Positions 27,301 to 41,047 of a stretch of 64,000 nucleotides of DNA are shown piece by piece. Location: assembly GCA_951406725.2 (NCBI GenBank), contig OX597817.1:126542001-126606000 (forward strand), in the 5' to 3' direction. This stretch comes from Octopus vulgaris (Eukaryota). A program made the position numbers and the translations under genes. Numbering within the stretch: the stretch's first letter is position 1; each line of letters begins with the position of its first letter. The notes below the pieces were generated by a model, which searched no databases, was not told the origin of the DNA, and was given only the letters and a program-made list of their open reading frames with translations.

Positions 27301-28660
27301 GCCTCTCTCGCGAAACCTCATCAAATAGTCGTGAACATTATCGCTGACAGCTTGACAGGTCCGATATCAAGCGTTCATAATTATTTCTCATTGCGCTTCT
27401 GACACGTAGAATAAGGGAGAGAATTGTTTTTCATTCGCACTAAATAAACTATCGTGCCTTCTATATTACCTCTTTCTCTCTTCTCATATACTTGTTCTCA
27501 CACATGTTCAAAATTCTGTCTTCTGTCATTTCGTCCTTCGTCACCATAAAACTTTGGGGGAAACAATAGAATAAAGCAAAATGTAAATCAATGTAACAAT
27601 TCATTAAACTGTAGCTTATAGCAATCAACAGGATAATACATTCTCCATAAATTAATACGTTTTTGATGATATAATACTATTGATCATACAGAAATAATTT
27701 AATTGTGATGTTAAGTATGGTCTACGAAATAAGAGAATTTCATTGAAGTAAGAAATTACGACAGTGTTTTATGAAAATTTTTCACGAATGATATGTGTGT
27801 TCGTTTCTATATCGAGACATATATAATGGAGTTTTTCGATCCAATATACTGTTCAATTCTAATCGTTCTCTATAATTTTAGATTCATGTACGCGTGATGA
27901 AGTACATGATTTGCTTTTACGTAAAGAATTGGTCAAGTGAAAGATGAATCTTGAATGTTTCTGAGAGTTTAACAGCTTTAAAATCTGTTGTCTCATTTCA
28001 GAAATAATCAAATCTTTTTTTTTAAGTGAATTAATGTAATTCGACAATTCAGTAAGACTATAGGGGGCCTGCTTAATTTGGTGACACAAATAGAATATGG
28101 TCTTCTCTTTATTGGGACAAATTCGTAAATTATTTATTTATTAGCTTTCTGGTAAGGAAATGGACATCAAATATGTATCATACAATATCATTGCTTATGT
28201 TGTAAACGAAATGGCGTTAACCATGACATATTTCGAAACACTAATGCAAGTATACATTATTTTGAAAAGAAGCCTTAGCTGTGAAATTACTACTAATGTT
28301 ATAGGTAATCTAATTACCGCTGTTGATAGCATTGCAACGACGTTGTTTGCTTTACTTTTACTGCTAAACGAAAAGACATGCACAAAGAATAATCCCGATG
28401 ATTATATAAACAACTGTTTGAAGTTAAACTTTGAAATATCAACATATATCAAAAGGATTTACCAGGTGTCTGCTCTCGCGAAAATTTTCACACTCTGTCA
28501 ACTCATAAGTATAAATAAAATTCAAAGAAATAAAATGAAGAAATGTATCATTTCTGAGTATTACAACAGTGGAATAGCAAAATGGGTTCACTACTCGTCG
28601 ATACATTAATTAAGCAGTGAAAAGCTTCAAGTTAAACGGTTAAAGTATTGGAAACCATTT

Positions 28661-30023
28661 TCTTTTTTATATTTTCATAAAATTTTCGTTGCGTCTTGCA
28701 AATTTCCAACAGCCTTGACTCTGTTCGTTATTTGCGTTCCTTTTTGTTTGTGGGCGTGTGTGCCTATGCATGTATGCATGTATGTGTGCATATGTGTATG
28801 CATATCTATATATGTATGTACATCTGTACGTATATATTCTGCATATACATGTGCTTCTGTGTCAGTGTCTGTGTATTTTTTTGTATGTGTGTGTGTTGGT
28901 ATATGCATGTATTTCTCTCTTTGTGCCTGCATGTCTGACTGTGTGTGTTTTGCAACTATCTACCGTGTTTGTATATATATGGATGTGCATCTTTATATCT
29001 ATGGCACGTGTCTCCATATGTGTCCTTGCGTGAAGTAAAGTGTGTGTGTATATATGCTGATGTGTTTCAATCACCATTTGCGTATTTGTGCTTGTCTGTT
29101 CATATAACCTATGTACCTATCCGTCTGTATATTGATCTGTATATGGATCCATATGATTACATACATGTGCATATACAAATATATACATACACACCCCGCA
29201 CAATTTGGTGACAAAAGATAGTCCTCCATGCTCTACCAACATGCCAAAGACCAAAATAGAGGCAACCTGGGTTAACCTGACATCCACATCTTTTCCAAGC
29301 ACTTACAAAACTTAACACTCAGACAAATACGGGGGTACGTCCTTATAAATGAAACTTCCCCAATACTAAATAGTAAATATGCATAGTAGATATCATACGC
29401 ACCATACCCACAGTTTCACAGTTAGAGTAGAATAGTTAACGGGCTGTTAGGTAGATAGATGTATGTATGTGTGGGGTGTGTATGTATATATTTGTATATG
29501 CACATATATGTAAGCATATGGATATGAAAATAAACAGATAAATATATAGACGGATGTCTGTTACATGAACAAGCTAGAACACATATGCAAATGAAGACTG
29601 AGACACATCACCATATATACGCACACACTTTACATATGGACACATATGGAGAAATGTTTCCATGCACATGGGGATGCACATTCATGCATACAAACACGGT
29701 ACATAGTTGCAAAGCACACACATACACACACACTCAGACATGCACACACACATATATATAAAAGACACACACATACATAACAACTCTCAAACACGGACAC
29801 ACAAGCTATGCAGAACACATACATAGTGAAGCACATACGTACATATATATACATAAGCATAAACACATGCATGCATACATACATACATGCATGCATAGGC
29901 ACACACACATACACACATCCGTGAAAACAATCAAAAAGGAACGTAGTGTAATTAACGGACAGTGTCAAGACTATTGAAAATGTTGCAAGACGAAGAGAAA
30001 ATTTTAGGAAAATAAAAATAAGA
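28661..30023 (+). mobile_element. 5'-truncated Penelope-like insertion with inverted pLTR
   Basis: About 540-bp inverted arms (28661-29201 and 29468-30023); the spacer translates to MLYQHAKDQNRG...HLQNLTLRQIRGYVLINETSPILNSK, a GIY-YIG C-terminus resembling TTLRQITEA near 46260. Confidence 0.75.
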
Positions 30024-30120
30024 TGTAAGGGGAAATTTTACCAGCGAGCGTGTTAAATTATAAGGCACAAAATGAAAATGACTCCCCAGACTGAATATGA
30101 CTCTCCAGACGCAACAGTTT

Positions 30121-30164
<44 letters not shown>

Positions 30165-30167
<3 letters not shown>

Positions 30168-30390
30168 TTACAAGTTTCAGTTATTTCACCGTGGCCATGC
30201 TGGAGCACCACTTTCAGGGATTTTAGTTGAAACAAATCTATGTCATAATTCATTTTTAATGTTTATTAATTGCATCGGCCTAGTATACGGAGATGTAAGC
30301 GCACCAAAACTGGCTGTCAAGTACTGATGGGCTAGGGGATATAAACCCAAACACCAAGACATAAACACATAAGTACGTACATATACATAC

Positions 30391-30449
<59 letters not shown>

Positions 30450-30560
30450 TGTTTCAGTTTCCGTCAACCAATCCACTCACAACGCTTTGGTCGACATAAG
30501 ATTATAGTAGAAGATTCTTTTGCAATATGCCATGCAGTGGGACAGAACCCGGAACACAAA
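30165..30560 (-). mobile_element. SINE family B
   Basis: GTGGCCATGCTGGAGCACC...TTTCAGTTTCCGTC.ACCAATCCACTCAC...GGGACAGAACCCGGAAC. Confidence 0.8.
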
Positions 30561-31189
30561 TATCTACGTGAATCACTGTTTTGATAGCAAATATCCCAGC
30601 TGTCGTCTGTTTTTGAAGACATTTACTACAAACTCAATATCAAGCGTTTTTTTTGTTTATGCAGTCCTACAAATGTACGTCAACGATTTCCTGTAAGTAT
30701 TTGACTATTCAGTAACAAACGTTTCGTTCTGTCAATAGATGCGATCTAAATAGCCTTATATATTTGTCGGTGCATTGTGTATTTTCTGGAGACCTATACA
30801 GCAATTATCACACAATTGTAGTTTCATAGATATGTTCGCAACATTTTTGTCAAGCGTCTTGCATTTGTTCGAACAGAGAGTTTCAGAGTGTGTCGAGTAG
30901 GATTTCCACCTCTCACAATAGTACTAACGAGAGTCTTTTTTTTTTCAGTAAAATGGTTTGCCAACACCATGTGAATTTTACTACTCTTCTGCAACATGAA
31001 TTTATGCTGTGGCTATTTTGAATACATAATGTACGCTTTTCTCCCTTGCAAAATTCCTGATATAGAATCTGAGTGTAAAAATATAACAATATATGAACCA
31101 GCATAAGTAATATGAATATCAACGAAACAGTACGATTAAATTAGCTTCATAAATAGGAAAAAAATGTTTGTGTCAAATTTTGGCACATG

Positions 31190-31350
31190 GCCAATAATTT
31201 TGGTGGCAGCTGTTATTCGATTACATCAACACTTGCTTTCAACCCCGATGAATGGCAAAATCAAACTTGGTGGAGTTTGAACTCAGAATGTAAAGACAGT
31301 CGAAAATCCTCTCAGCTTTCGAATCCGCATCCTTAAGATTCTGCCAGCTC
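31190..31350 (-). mobile_element. SINE family A, decayed
   Basis: TTTGAACTCAGAATGTAAAGAC...GATTCTGCCAGCTC. Confidence 0.7.
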
Positions 31351-31809
31351 ACTGATATTATGAAGGACAGATAACTCATGTTATTTCAACAAAAGGAACA
31401 TTATTCCTTAAGTAAAAAATCAACGATTAAATAGAAAATAATCAGCATTTAATACTTGCGTAATGGCAAGTGCATTGTGCATCCATAATGATATTAAAAG
31501 ATACATTACTTTTTATGAATAATTATTCGAAACCTTATGTGGAATATGATTAAATTTAATTTATTATCACAATGTTCTTCGAATAGTGCCTCAAACTGTT
31601 CTTACACATATGTCCCTACTCTCTATATTTTAGAAGCTTTGTTTTTTAAACGTTATTGCATTGAAGATATATAAGTGTAACAATATTTAGTATGTTTGTA
31701 TATAACTATAGACATTTATATCTCTATATACTTCGTTTTCTGTATGAGCCACAGAATATAACTGTATATGTATCTACATACAACATGTATATATACATTC
31801 TTTTATCTT

Positions 31810-32105
31810 ACACTTGTTTCACTCATGAGAGAGAAGCGAAGCTGGGGTACCATCTTAAAAGGATTTTTTTTAGTCGAATGAATCAAATCAAGGACTTATA
31901 TTTTAAGCCTAGTACCTACTCTAACATGTTCTCTTTGAGGAACCGCTAAGTTACGGAGACGTAAATCCACCAACACCGGTTGTAAAGAGGTGGTGAAGAC
32001 AAACACAAACACACATACACGTACAAACATATTTATATATATATACATGTATATAGGAAAAAAATAATGCAATGCATATTGGTACCTTGTAACATTTATC
32101 TACTT

Positions 32106-32157
<52 letters not shown>

Positions 32158-32258
32158 GACTGCCTTTCAGTTTTTTTCTACAAAACCCTCTCACATGGCT
32201 TAGAAGATTAACCTTGAATCATGCGGTTCGGAAGCAAGTTTCTTACCACGCAGCCTCA
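31810..32258 (-). mobile_element. SINE family B
   Basis: GAACCGCTAAGTTACGGAGACGTAAA...CTTACCACGCAGCC. Confidence 0.75.
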
Positions 32259-32327
32259 TAGTAACAGCCAGATATAAGTAAATACATATGAAATTATAAA
32301 TTTATGAATGTGTGTTTCAGTGCATAT

Positions 32328-32775
32328 AGGCGTAGGTGAGGTTGTGTGGTAAAACGTTTTCTTCCCAATTACAGGGTTTCAGATTCCGTCTCACTACAGG
32401 TCCTCCTGAGCAAATGTCTCCTAATATAGCATTGGGCTGGCCAATGCCTTGTTAGTGGATTTGGTGGGGGGAAACTGAATATATATATACAGAAAGAGAG
32501 AGAGAAATAGATAAATAGATTGGTAGATGTGCGTGTGTATGTGTTTGTGCGTGTGTCTGTTTGCGTACGTTTACTTCTCTATGTGTGTGTTTTTCCCCCG
32601 CCACGGATTGGCAACCGGTGTTGTTATGTTTACGCCCAACTAAGCAGTTCGACAAATAGAATAAATCCTCAACTCCACCAAAAAGATAAAAGAACAATGC
32701 CAAAAAATGTGCGTCTACAATTCTTCGTGGCGATGCTCCAGGATGGATGCAGTCCAATGACTGGAATAAGTAAGA
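32328..32775 (+). mobile_element. SINE family B
   Basis: AGGCGTAGG..GTGTGGTAA head...GTGGATTTGGT...GCTCCAGGATGG.TGCAGTCCAATGACTG tail. Confidence 0.75.
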
Positions 32776-33462
32776 GATAAACGTGTGTAGATCGATAGAC
32801 ACCTAGAGAGGTACAGAAAGTGATTGTGTGAAAGTGGTGTTTATGTGTTTGACAGTGTCTAGTATTACGATTCTTGACATACAAGTATACGAAACCTCTC
32901 TGAATTGCTCTTATTTCGATAAGTTTTCTGAAAATTTTTTAAGGGGAATTAAGTCCATTTCTAATCTAATTTTAACTCTGTAACATGCCATGAGATTTTG
33001 GTTGTATGGATTTCCTTGCAAGGCAATAATGATCCTGCAATTAGAAAAAGTAAAATAAAACTAACAGAGTACGCATTTGCGCACGCACACACACAAGGAC
33101 CATCTTATCTACCCACGTAAAATCATTGAGTAAAAGAAATATAAGGAGTTGAGGAGAGAGAAAAATATAGTTAATAGAGTAAGAAATGGGGTAGAATATA
33201 AAGTGAGGGTGATAAAATAAGTGAAAGATATAACATGAAAAAGAAGTATGAGATGAGAGAAAATATGAGAAAATCTGAAAATCACAGAGCCACAAGGAAA
33301 ACGATGGAAAATAATGTATGGCGGAATCTTTTACTTTTAAGATTTATTTTGAAGAAATCAGCAGCAATATTCCAATACCAATATCATGGAATTTATAAGC
33401 GGTGGCGAAAACATATAAACACTCATATCCATATGTAGCTTAGTCAAGAAAGAAGTATATAT

Positions 33463-33728
<266 letters not shown>

Positions 33729-34009
33729 GGGAAAAGAAAAGAATTAAAACATCAAAAAACAAAGGAAACGAAAAAGTTTGTATTACATAACACCTTAGAG
33801 GCATACTGTCACCTTGGAAAATGTAATTTACATAGTAAAATTGATGTTAGTACAAGTAAGATTTCAGCAAAAGTTACATTAACTATATGTGTGTGTTGAT
33901 GTGGGTGGGTGTAAGTGCGTCTTCTTGAATTTCTTTCTCCTTTTCTCTTTCTCCCTTCATGTCTTTCTCTCTCTCACTGTCTAAATATATATCTATATAA
34001 ACATATATT

Positions 34010-34290
34010 CTTTTATTCTTCTACCCCAGGACGTCAATGTTTTAAGCCTAGTACTTGTATCTTACTCTTTCTCTAAACTCTAGGTTACGGGGGTGTAAGC
34101 ACACCAACATCGATTATCAAGCTATGGTGCTGGGGCAAACACAGACACAAAGACACACACACACACACACCCACTCGCATACACACAGACATACACACAC
34201 CTATGTATGTATGTATATTCGACGAACTTCTTTCAGTTTCGTCTACGAAATTCATTCACAAGTCACTGATAGACCCCAGGCTATATTTTA
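34010..34290 (-). mobile_element. SINE family B fragment
   Basis: AAGCCTAGTACTT...GTTACGGGG..GTAA...TTTCAGTTTC.GTCTAC. Confidence 0.65.
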
Positions 34291-34419
34291 AGACTCAAGT
34301 TGTGAAGCATATAAGGAAACTTTTAAAAACATAAAACACATGTATATGTATTTAAAAGCACTAATGCATACATACATAAAACATACTAATGTATAGATAT
34401 ATCTGATAGTAGTTTTTCG

Positions 34420-35000
34420 TGAATCCCTATAGATCTTGTCCACCCGTTCCATCTCTCCCTAGGAATCTTCTTGACCATTGAGCTTATAGTAGGAGGTCTA
34501 TCTCTTCCAGAATCTAGTGGGGCAGAATTAACTAAAGTCGTTTTCTTCTAAGAAATCCTTGTTACATATCAGTCTCAGGAGGAGCCGCAGTTCTTCTATG
34601 TCAATGCTACGAAACTCCTTGTCACTCTCGGTGATCATCTCTACATATTTCTCCAAAGCTCCGGGGACATTCTGATCAGAGACCGTATGATCATACAGAG
34701 AACGTGGGAGATTCTGTAGTGGCTGGCATCATTGGCTCACCAGACAGATTTTGTTGGTTGTCCTGTTAACGGATCAGTGGTCGCTTTATGGCCCTTGCAG
34801 AGGCGATACGGCGCTGGGATGGTTTTTTTTGCAGTATAGAAGTTGTTGGTCGTGCGCTTCTGTGGCCCTAGAAGATTTGACTACATCATCATGTAAGCAT
34901 TGAAGAATTTTTCTCTTGTCTAACACTTCAACTGTTATTTCCCTCATAATGAAGATGTGGGATTACATTGTTTGTTGACATTCTGCCGGACTTGTCCGTG
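34420..35000 (-). mobile_element. Penelope-like RT N-terminal remnant
   Basis: Minus: PAPYRLCKGHK..TDPLTGQPTKSV (Y.L.K.HK...P.RP) and MITESDKEFRSIDIEELRLLLRL...FCPTR; stops present. Confidence 0.6.
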
Positions 35001-35734
35001 GGGAATCACATATTTTTTCTACTTTTTATACGCTGTATATGTTTGTACAGGCCACTTGTGGATTTCTTATCGAGTTGTTGTGTCCTTCCTAGTCTGTCTT
35101 CTAGTGTATTGTTCCAAAATCTGGCTATGTTTTCTAGAAGCCATGGTGAATTTCGTCGTTTGTAAGTTGTGGGCTAATAATCTTTTGCTGAAAGTTAGGG
35201 CTGTCGTATAAATGCGACCCAGATCTTTCGACTTATCACAAGGATTGAAATATAGGGTATGAAGGGAATTAGTATAATCTATAACTATCATTTCTTTGGT
35301 TGTCTGGGTTGTTGTTGTTACTGTTTTTGTCATTATTCTTACGGACACCAATAATCGATATGCTGACCCACCACTTCGCCTACATTTTCTCTGCTGATGC
35401 GTACTGCCGTTGTTGACCCTTATTTTGACATTTTCTTGTCTCTTTTTGTTTGTTCGTTCATGTTGTTACTATTGTTGTTGCCATAGAGTATCTTGTTGAT
35501 GTTGTTAGTGACAACGTGTTTAGTAGTATTGTTGTTGTTGCTTTTCGCGTTGTGATCAGGTGTTCCATACCAAGTGCATGTATTTACCAGAATAATATTA
35601 CTTGCATAATCGTAAGTGGTCACGATGCGTTATCTACTAATATTATGCAACGGTAGAAAGTGTTACCTTTGTTTGTTTTTTTTAAATTACAGTTTCAGAT
35701 ATAGTTCTATGTTTGAGAGATGAGAAATTATCTT

Positions 35735-35901
35735 CATTATTTACATTTGACGGATATTTGTCGTCATTTTGTTTGTTGTTAACACAACGTTTCCGCTGAT
35801 ACACCCTCCAGCCTTAATCATATGTCTTGGGAAATTTCGAACCTGGATTCCCCTTCCTAAGGTATTTTTCAATGTTATTATTATCATTATTATTATTATT
35901 A

Positions 35902-35970
<69 letters not shown>
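35735..35970 (-). mobile_element. HHR-bearing tail + (AAT)n of the tRNA-head/HHR SINE (inverted copy)
   Basis: Reverse complement of 38290-38558; minus ...GGCTG-gagggtgtat-CAGCG-GAAA-CG-TT-GTGTT. Confidence 0.8.
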
Positions 35971-35971
<1 letters not shown>

Positions 35972-38129
35972 TGTTTTCTTCTTCTTTCAAATTTGCTTCC
36001 ATTTCTTGCCGAGTGTCTTCCCGACTCCTAGGGCAAAGAAACTCATAGTATACATTGGTAGGCCATTAAACCAAACTCAGTAGTTCGTTCATTTTTTTTT
36101 TCAAGTTAAATTAAAATACATGAGCAGCAACAGTTCTCACATCGACAATGCTCTTCTCAATACGTGTGATGTACCAGTTAAGACAATCTTTTGCACTTCT
36201 TGCAGGGATAGTAAGCCAGGGATCATTCTCATATAATTTTCGGTTCCCTTCTTGATCATTCCTAGTGCTCCTACGATCACTGGTATTGTAACCGCCTTGA
36301 GATGCCACGTTTTCTCAATTTCAATGAGAAGGTCTTTATATTTTCTGAGCTTGTCAAACTCTTTCGCTGAGATATGATGATCACAGGGGATGCTCATGTC
36401 GATCAATAAGCAAACTTTATTGTTTTGGTCTTTCACAACAATATCTGGTTTATTGGCCTTGATTGTTCGGTCTGTATGTAAAGCCCCACAGAATGGTTAC
36501 ATTTTCTCCTTCAGTTACAGCCTCAGGGTGGTGATTATACCACTTGTCGGCAGTTTTGATATTGTAATGCCGACTTATTAGCCAGTGGAGATATTGGCCA
36601 ACTCTGTCATGTCTTATTTTATACTCCACTGGTGCTAAGACTTTACATCCAGAGATTAGGTGGTCCACTGTTTCAATCATGTCGTTGCAGAATCGGCATT
36701 TTGGGTCTGCTCCATTTTTCATCACATTGGCCTGGTAGTTCCGGGTTAATAGGCTTTGATCTTGAGCAGCCAGGATGAAACCTTCGCTCTCTGCTTTTAG
36801 CCCTGAGCTCCGTAGCCACTGATGGGTTTGCTTCTGGTCAACATCAGCTTGTTTGCTGCGGGTACATATTTGCCGTGCAGAGGTTTCTCCTCCCACCTAT
36901 CAGCCAATTGCTCGTGCGTTTTCTTCATTGCCATCATTTTCACCTTCTTTGCAACAATAGTTGCCGTACTTCCCTCGGGTTGTTCAGTTTGGGTATCCTG
37001 AACGAGATCAATAGCAAATTTTTTGCTTTTCTTTATGATAGAATGAAGCTTCTTTCGTCTCTCGTGATTTTCCACGAGCTTTAGCATCCAGTCCTTCGAT
37101 ATTTTCAAGATATTTGGCCAGTCCAATTGTGGTTGTTTTGTAAGCTAGTTCAAATTGGATCAGGCCTCGACCTCCTTGGGCTCTGGGAAGGTAAAGGCGA
37201 TCTACGTCTGCCTTTGGGTGGTGCATCCTATTACAACTCAGCAGCCTGCGTATTTTTCTATCTATATTCTTTACTTCACTCATATTCCAGTTCAACACAT
37301 TGTAGCTATAAGTAACAACTGGAACTGCTAAGGAATTTATAGCTAACACCTTGTTACGTGCATTTAGTTCAGATTTCAGGACTGCACGAACTCTCCTATA
37401 ACATTCCTTCTGATTTTCTCTTTCATGCTTGCATGCTGAATACCAGAGCCTTCATTTATCCCTAAATATTTGTATGTTTGTTCTTGCTCAAGCTCTCTTA
37501 TGACTGTGTCAACATCTAACACGACTGAATTTGTGGTCTTCACTTTCCCTTTCTGGAAGGTGGCTTTGGCACACTTCTCAAGTCCAAACTCCATCCCGAT
37601 GTCATCGCTGAATGCTTTCACGGTGTGCAATAGGCCTTCAAGTTCATTATTGTCTTTACCATAAAGTTTTAAGTCATCCATATAAAATAGATGGCTTATG
37701 TTTTTTATTGGTAATTTTATACCCATACCCTGTTCTGTTTAATTCACTTGTAAGGGGTATTAGGGCTATGCAGTATATTAAAGGTGAAAGTGAGTCACCT
37801 TGAAAAATTCCACAGTTGATGTTTATATTTTCTGAGGCAAGTACTCCATTAGAGTGGTATAATTGGAGATTCGTATTCCACAACGACATATTGTGCTTCA
37901 GGAAGTTTGAAATCACAGGGGAAATTTTGAAGATGTCCAGCGATCTCAAGATCCATGGATGCAGTATACTGTCGAAGGTCTTTTTGTAGTCAATCCATGC
38001 GGTGCTGAGATTTCTGCGCTTGTTGTGACAGTTCTCAAGGATCATACTATTGATTAGCAGTTGATCTTTGCATCCGTAAGAGCCTCGGCGGCACCCTTTT
38101 TGTTCAATGGGGAAAATATCGTTCTTCTC

Positions 38130-38130
<1 letters not shown>
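35971..38130 (-). mobile_element. R4/Dong-type non-LTR retrotransposon (RT + CCHC + restriction-like endonuclease), 5'-truncated, frameshifted
   Basis: EQKGC, WIDYKKTFDS, GIFQGDSLSP, LFYMDDLKLY, YKYLG, CRFC..ETVDHLISGC, RHD, PDIVVKD..CLLIDMSIP, KLRKYKDL; both ends abut (TAA)n, the known Dong target. Confidence 0.93.
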
Positions 38131-38183
<53 letters not shown>

Positions 38184-38216
38184 CATTATTATTATTATCA
38201 TTATTATTATTATTAT

Positions 38217-38558
<342 letters not shown>

Positions 38559-39331
38559 CGAAAAGTTTCATATGTTTCATTATTGCAGCGAGAGATGGTA
38601 GGGAAAAATATACCAATTGAAACCAGCGCAAACTAGGGTCTTCTGCCTTGGCAACAATATATCACCAACATAACTATTAAGTCACAAGTTAGTTTCTTAA
38701 TATGAATGTGCTACTTCGATAATTTAATATTAGTTACGTTAACTCTAAATTGGTTTTAATTTTCACAATAAGAATAAATTTTGTGTACGATATCGCGGTC
38801 CTGATGTGTATTAAAGAAGATTTATTACCTTCCTTGTTAAGCAGTTCATTCAACAATATATTCCTAACAAGTTAAACAATGATGGTCAAATTCTGTAGTC
38901 TTATATATTATGCACATTGCAATGTATATAATAACGTCAACTAGACCAATTACATATATTTGATTGATTAGGCCTAACCATACGCTGAAGAACACAAGCA
39001 GCTTATTACCCAAACATATCTTATATTCAATGGGAATTTCATCAGATTGCTGTGATGCGTTCAAATGTTGCGATACAGATATCTTAACAGCTCGAGTATG
39101 CTGTTACCTATAATCAGAAATTGTTGATATACTCTAGCAAAGTAAGAAACATTCCATTAAACAAAATCCGATAGATTTCCTGAACTACTTCCGTCTTAAA
39201 ATTATCATTTATGCTATAATGGTTGTTATTTGATACAAGGTTAATTTTACCATACTGGGACATGTTCAAAGACTTCTGAACGTTCCGGAATTTACGGATA
39301 CTTAAAATCAATGAATGTCTTTCCTGATTTC

Positions 39332-39383
<52 letters not shown>

Positions 39384-40609
39384 CAAGTTTACAGAAAAAA
39401 AAAAGATAGATGAATTAGTTTCAAATTTACAGAAAATACGCAGGTGTATTAGTTTCATATATATATAAGGACAATTTGAGGAGTGTTTGTCATCTAGTAA
39501 AGTTAGTCTGGAGATTGATTTAGGCTCCATTTTTGGTTCTTAGTTCTTAAATTGTATAAATGAAATGTGAAATGTAGAGCAATAAATTTATGTAAGATAT
39601 TATTTCTCCACTAAAACGCAGTTCATATATATGTACACATAGGATTATATACATTATTTTAATATATAAAACAACGTTTGTGTCTGCGTATGTTCTTTAT
39701 CTATTCGAAAACTCAGTTGCTGATTTTGACGCGTGAGATTTCAAAAGATGCATTAATCTTCCGGCTATCAAATAACGTATGTTTTTTTTTTACTACGAAA
39801 ATAACCTCGAAAACGAAGTCAGGTAACATAAGTTTGAGGTCTTTAGCTAATGGAGGCAACTCTGCCTGAACAATCTATGTCGAATTTTACCATGGAATGA
39901 AATTTCGAAGACATGCCGTCAACTTTACTAGTATTATTTAGTAGAAAAACTGTTAAAGTGAAGTATATTTGTCTGTGTTTTTTTTTAGCCCAGAGTTGCC
40001 TCTGATGTAGCAGATTCGTTGCATTTCTGTTTTTCTACCTGAAATACTGTAAATATGTCTTTCATTTGATGAAAGGCATTTCAAGAGAGATTTCACTGCT
40101 ATTTGTAGTAGCTCAAGTTACCACAGACACACCAGTGTGTCCGTGGGTGTCTTTTTTTTGTGGTGAAATATACTTTTTCTCAAAATAGTTTGTACAGTAA
40201 TTTTTATAGAAATATGGACAACTTTCTTACTGCTAACCATACAGCTTCAATGTACAATTGTTAATTGTTGGACGTCTAGGAAATGTACAAATACTGTAAT
40301 CGTATATGGTGGAATTCCAACACGAAATTTTGAACTCATTAGCATATGGTTACTAATCCATTATCTTAAGTTTGAAGCTATTAAGTTTTTAAACATTATT
40401 TTACTGGGTTTAGTCTTTTGACTCTTTCCATGATGGGGTCTCACTTTTAAGAATTTAAAGAGGATCATACTATCCTCAATACATATTTCTTTCAATCTTG
40501 CAAATATGTTACAGATCCCTGCTTGTTGAACAGCTAAATTTGAGATATTGTGGGACAAAATACTCGATTTAAGCAACAAATGTATAAACACACACGCACA
40601 TATTAGGTG

Positions 40610-40755
40610 AAAACAATGACTGTGTGGTTGAGATGATTATTTCCTAACCACATGTTCCACGTTCAGTCCCTCTGCATACTACTTTGTGCAAGTGTATTCT
40701 GTTATAACCCAAGGTAAACCATAAATTATGACTGAATTTGGTAGACGGAAACTGC
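40610..40755 (+). mobile_element. SINE family B, 5' part
   Basis: CTGTGTGGT...AACCACATG..GTTCAGTCCC...ATTTGGTAGACGGAAACTG. Confidence 0.7.
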
Positions 40756-40938
40756 GTTGTTCATCAGAAAATTACCAAAAAAGATGTATATAAAGAAGAG
40801 TTATTTGATTCATACACGCTGCCTGTAACAAAGGAGCTAATAATAAAATGTGGCTGTAGATCATTATACCCGAGTAACGCCGGGATGCATTGCTAGTATA
40901 AAATAAATGTGTGTGTGCATATGTTTCTGTATATATTA

Positions 40939-41047
<109 letters not shown>

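Noticed and set aside
28160-28609. 149-aa ORF
   Set aside because: No recognisable motif, composition follows the AT-rich background, no supporting splice structure.
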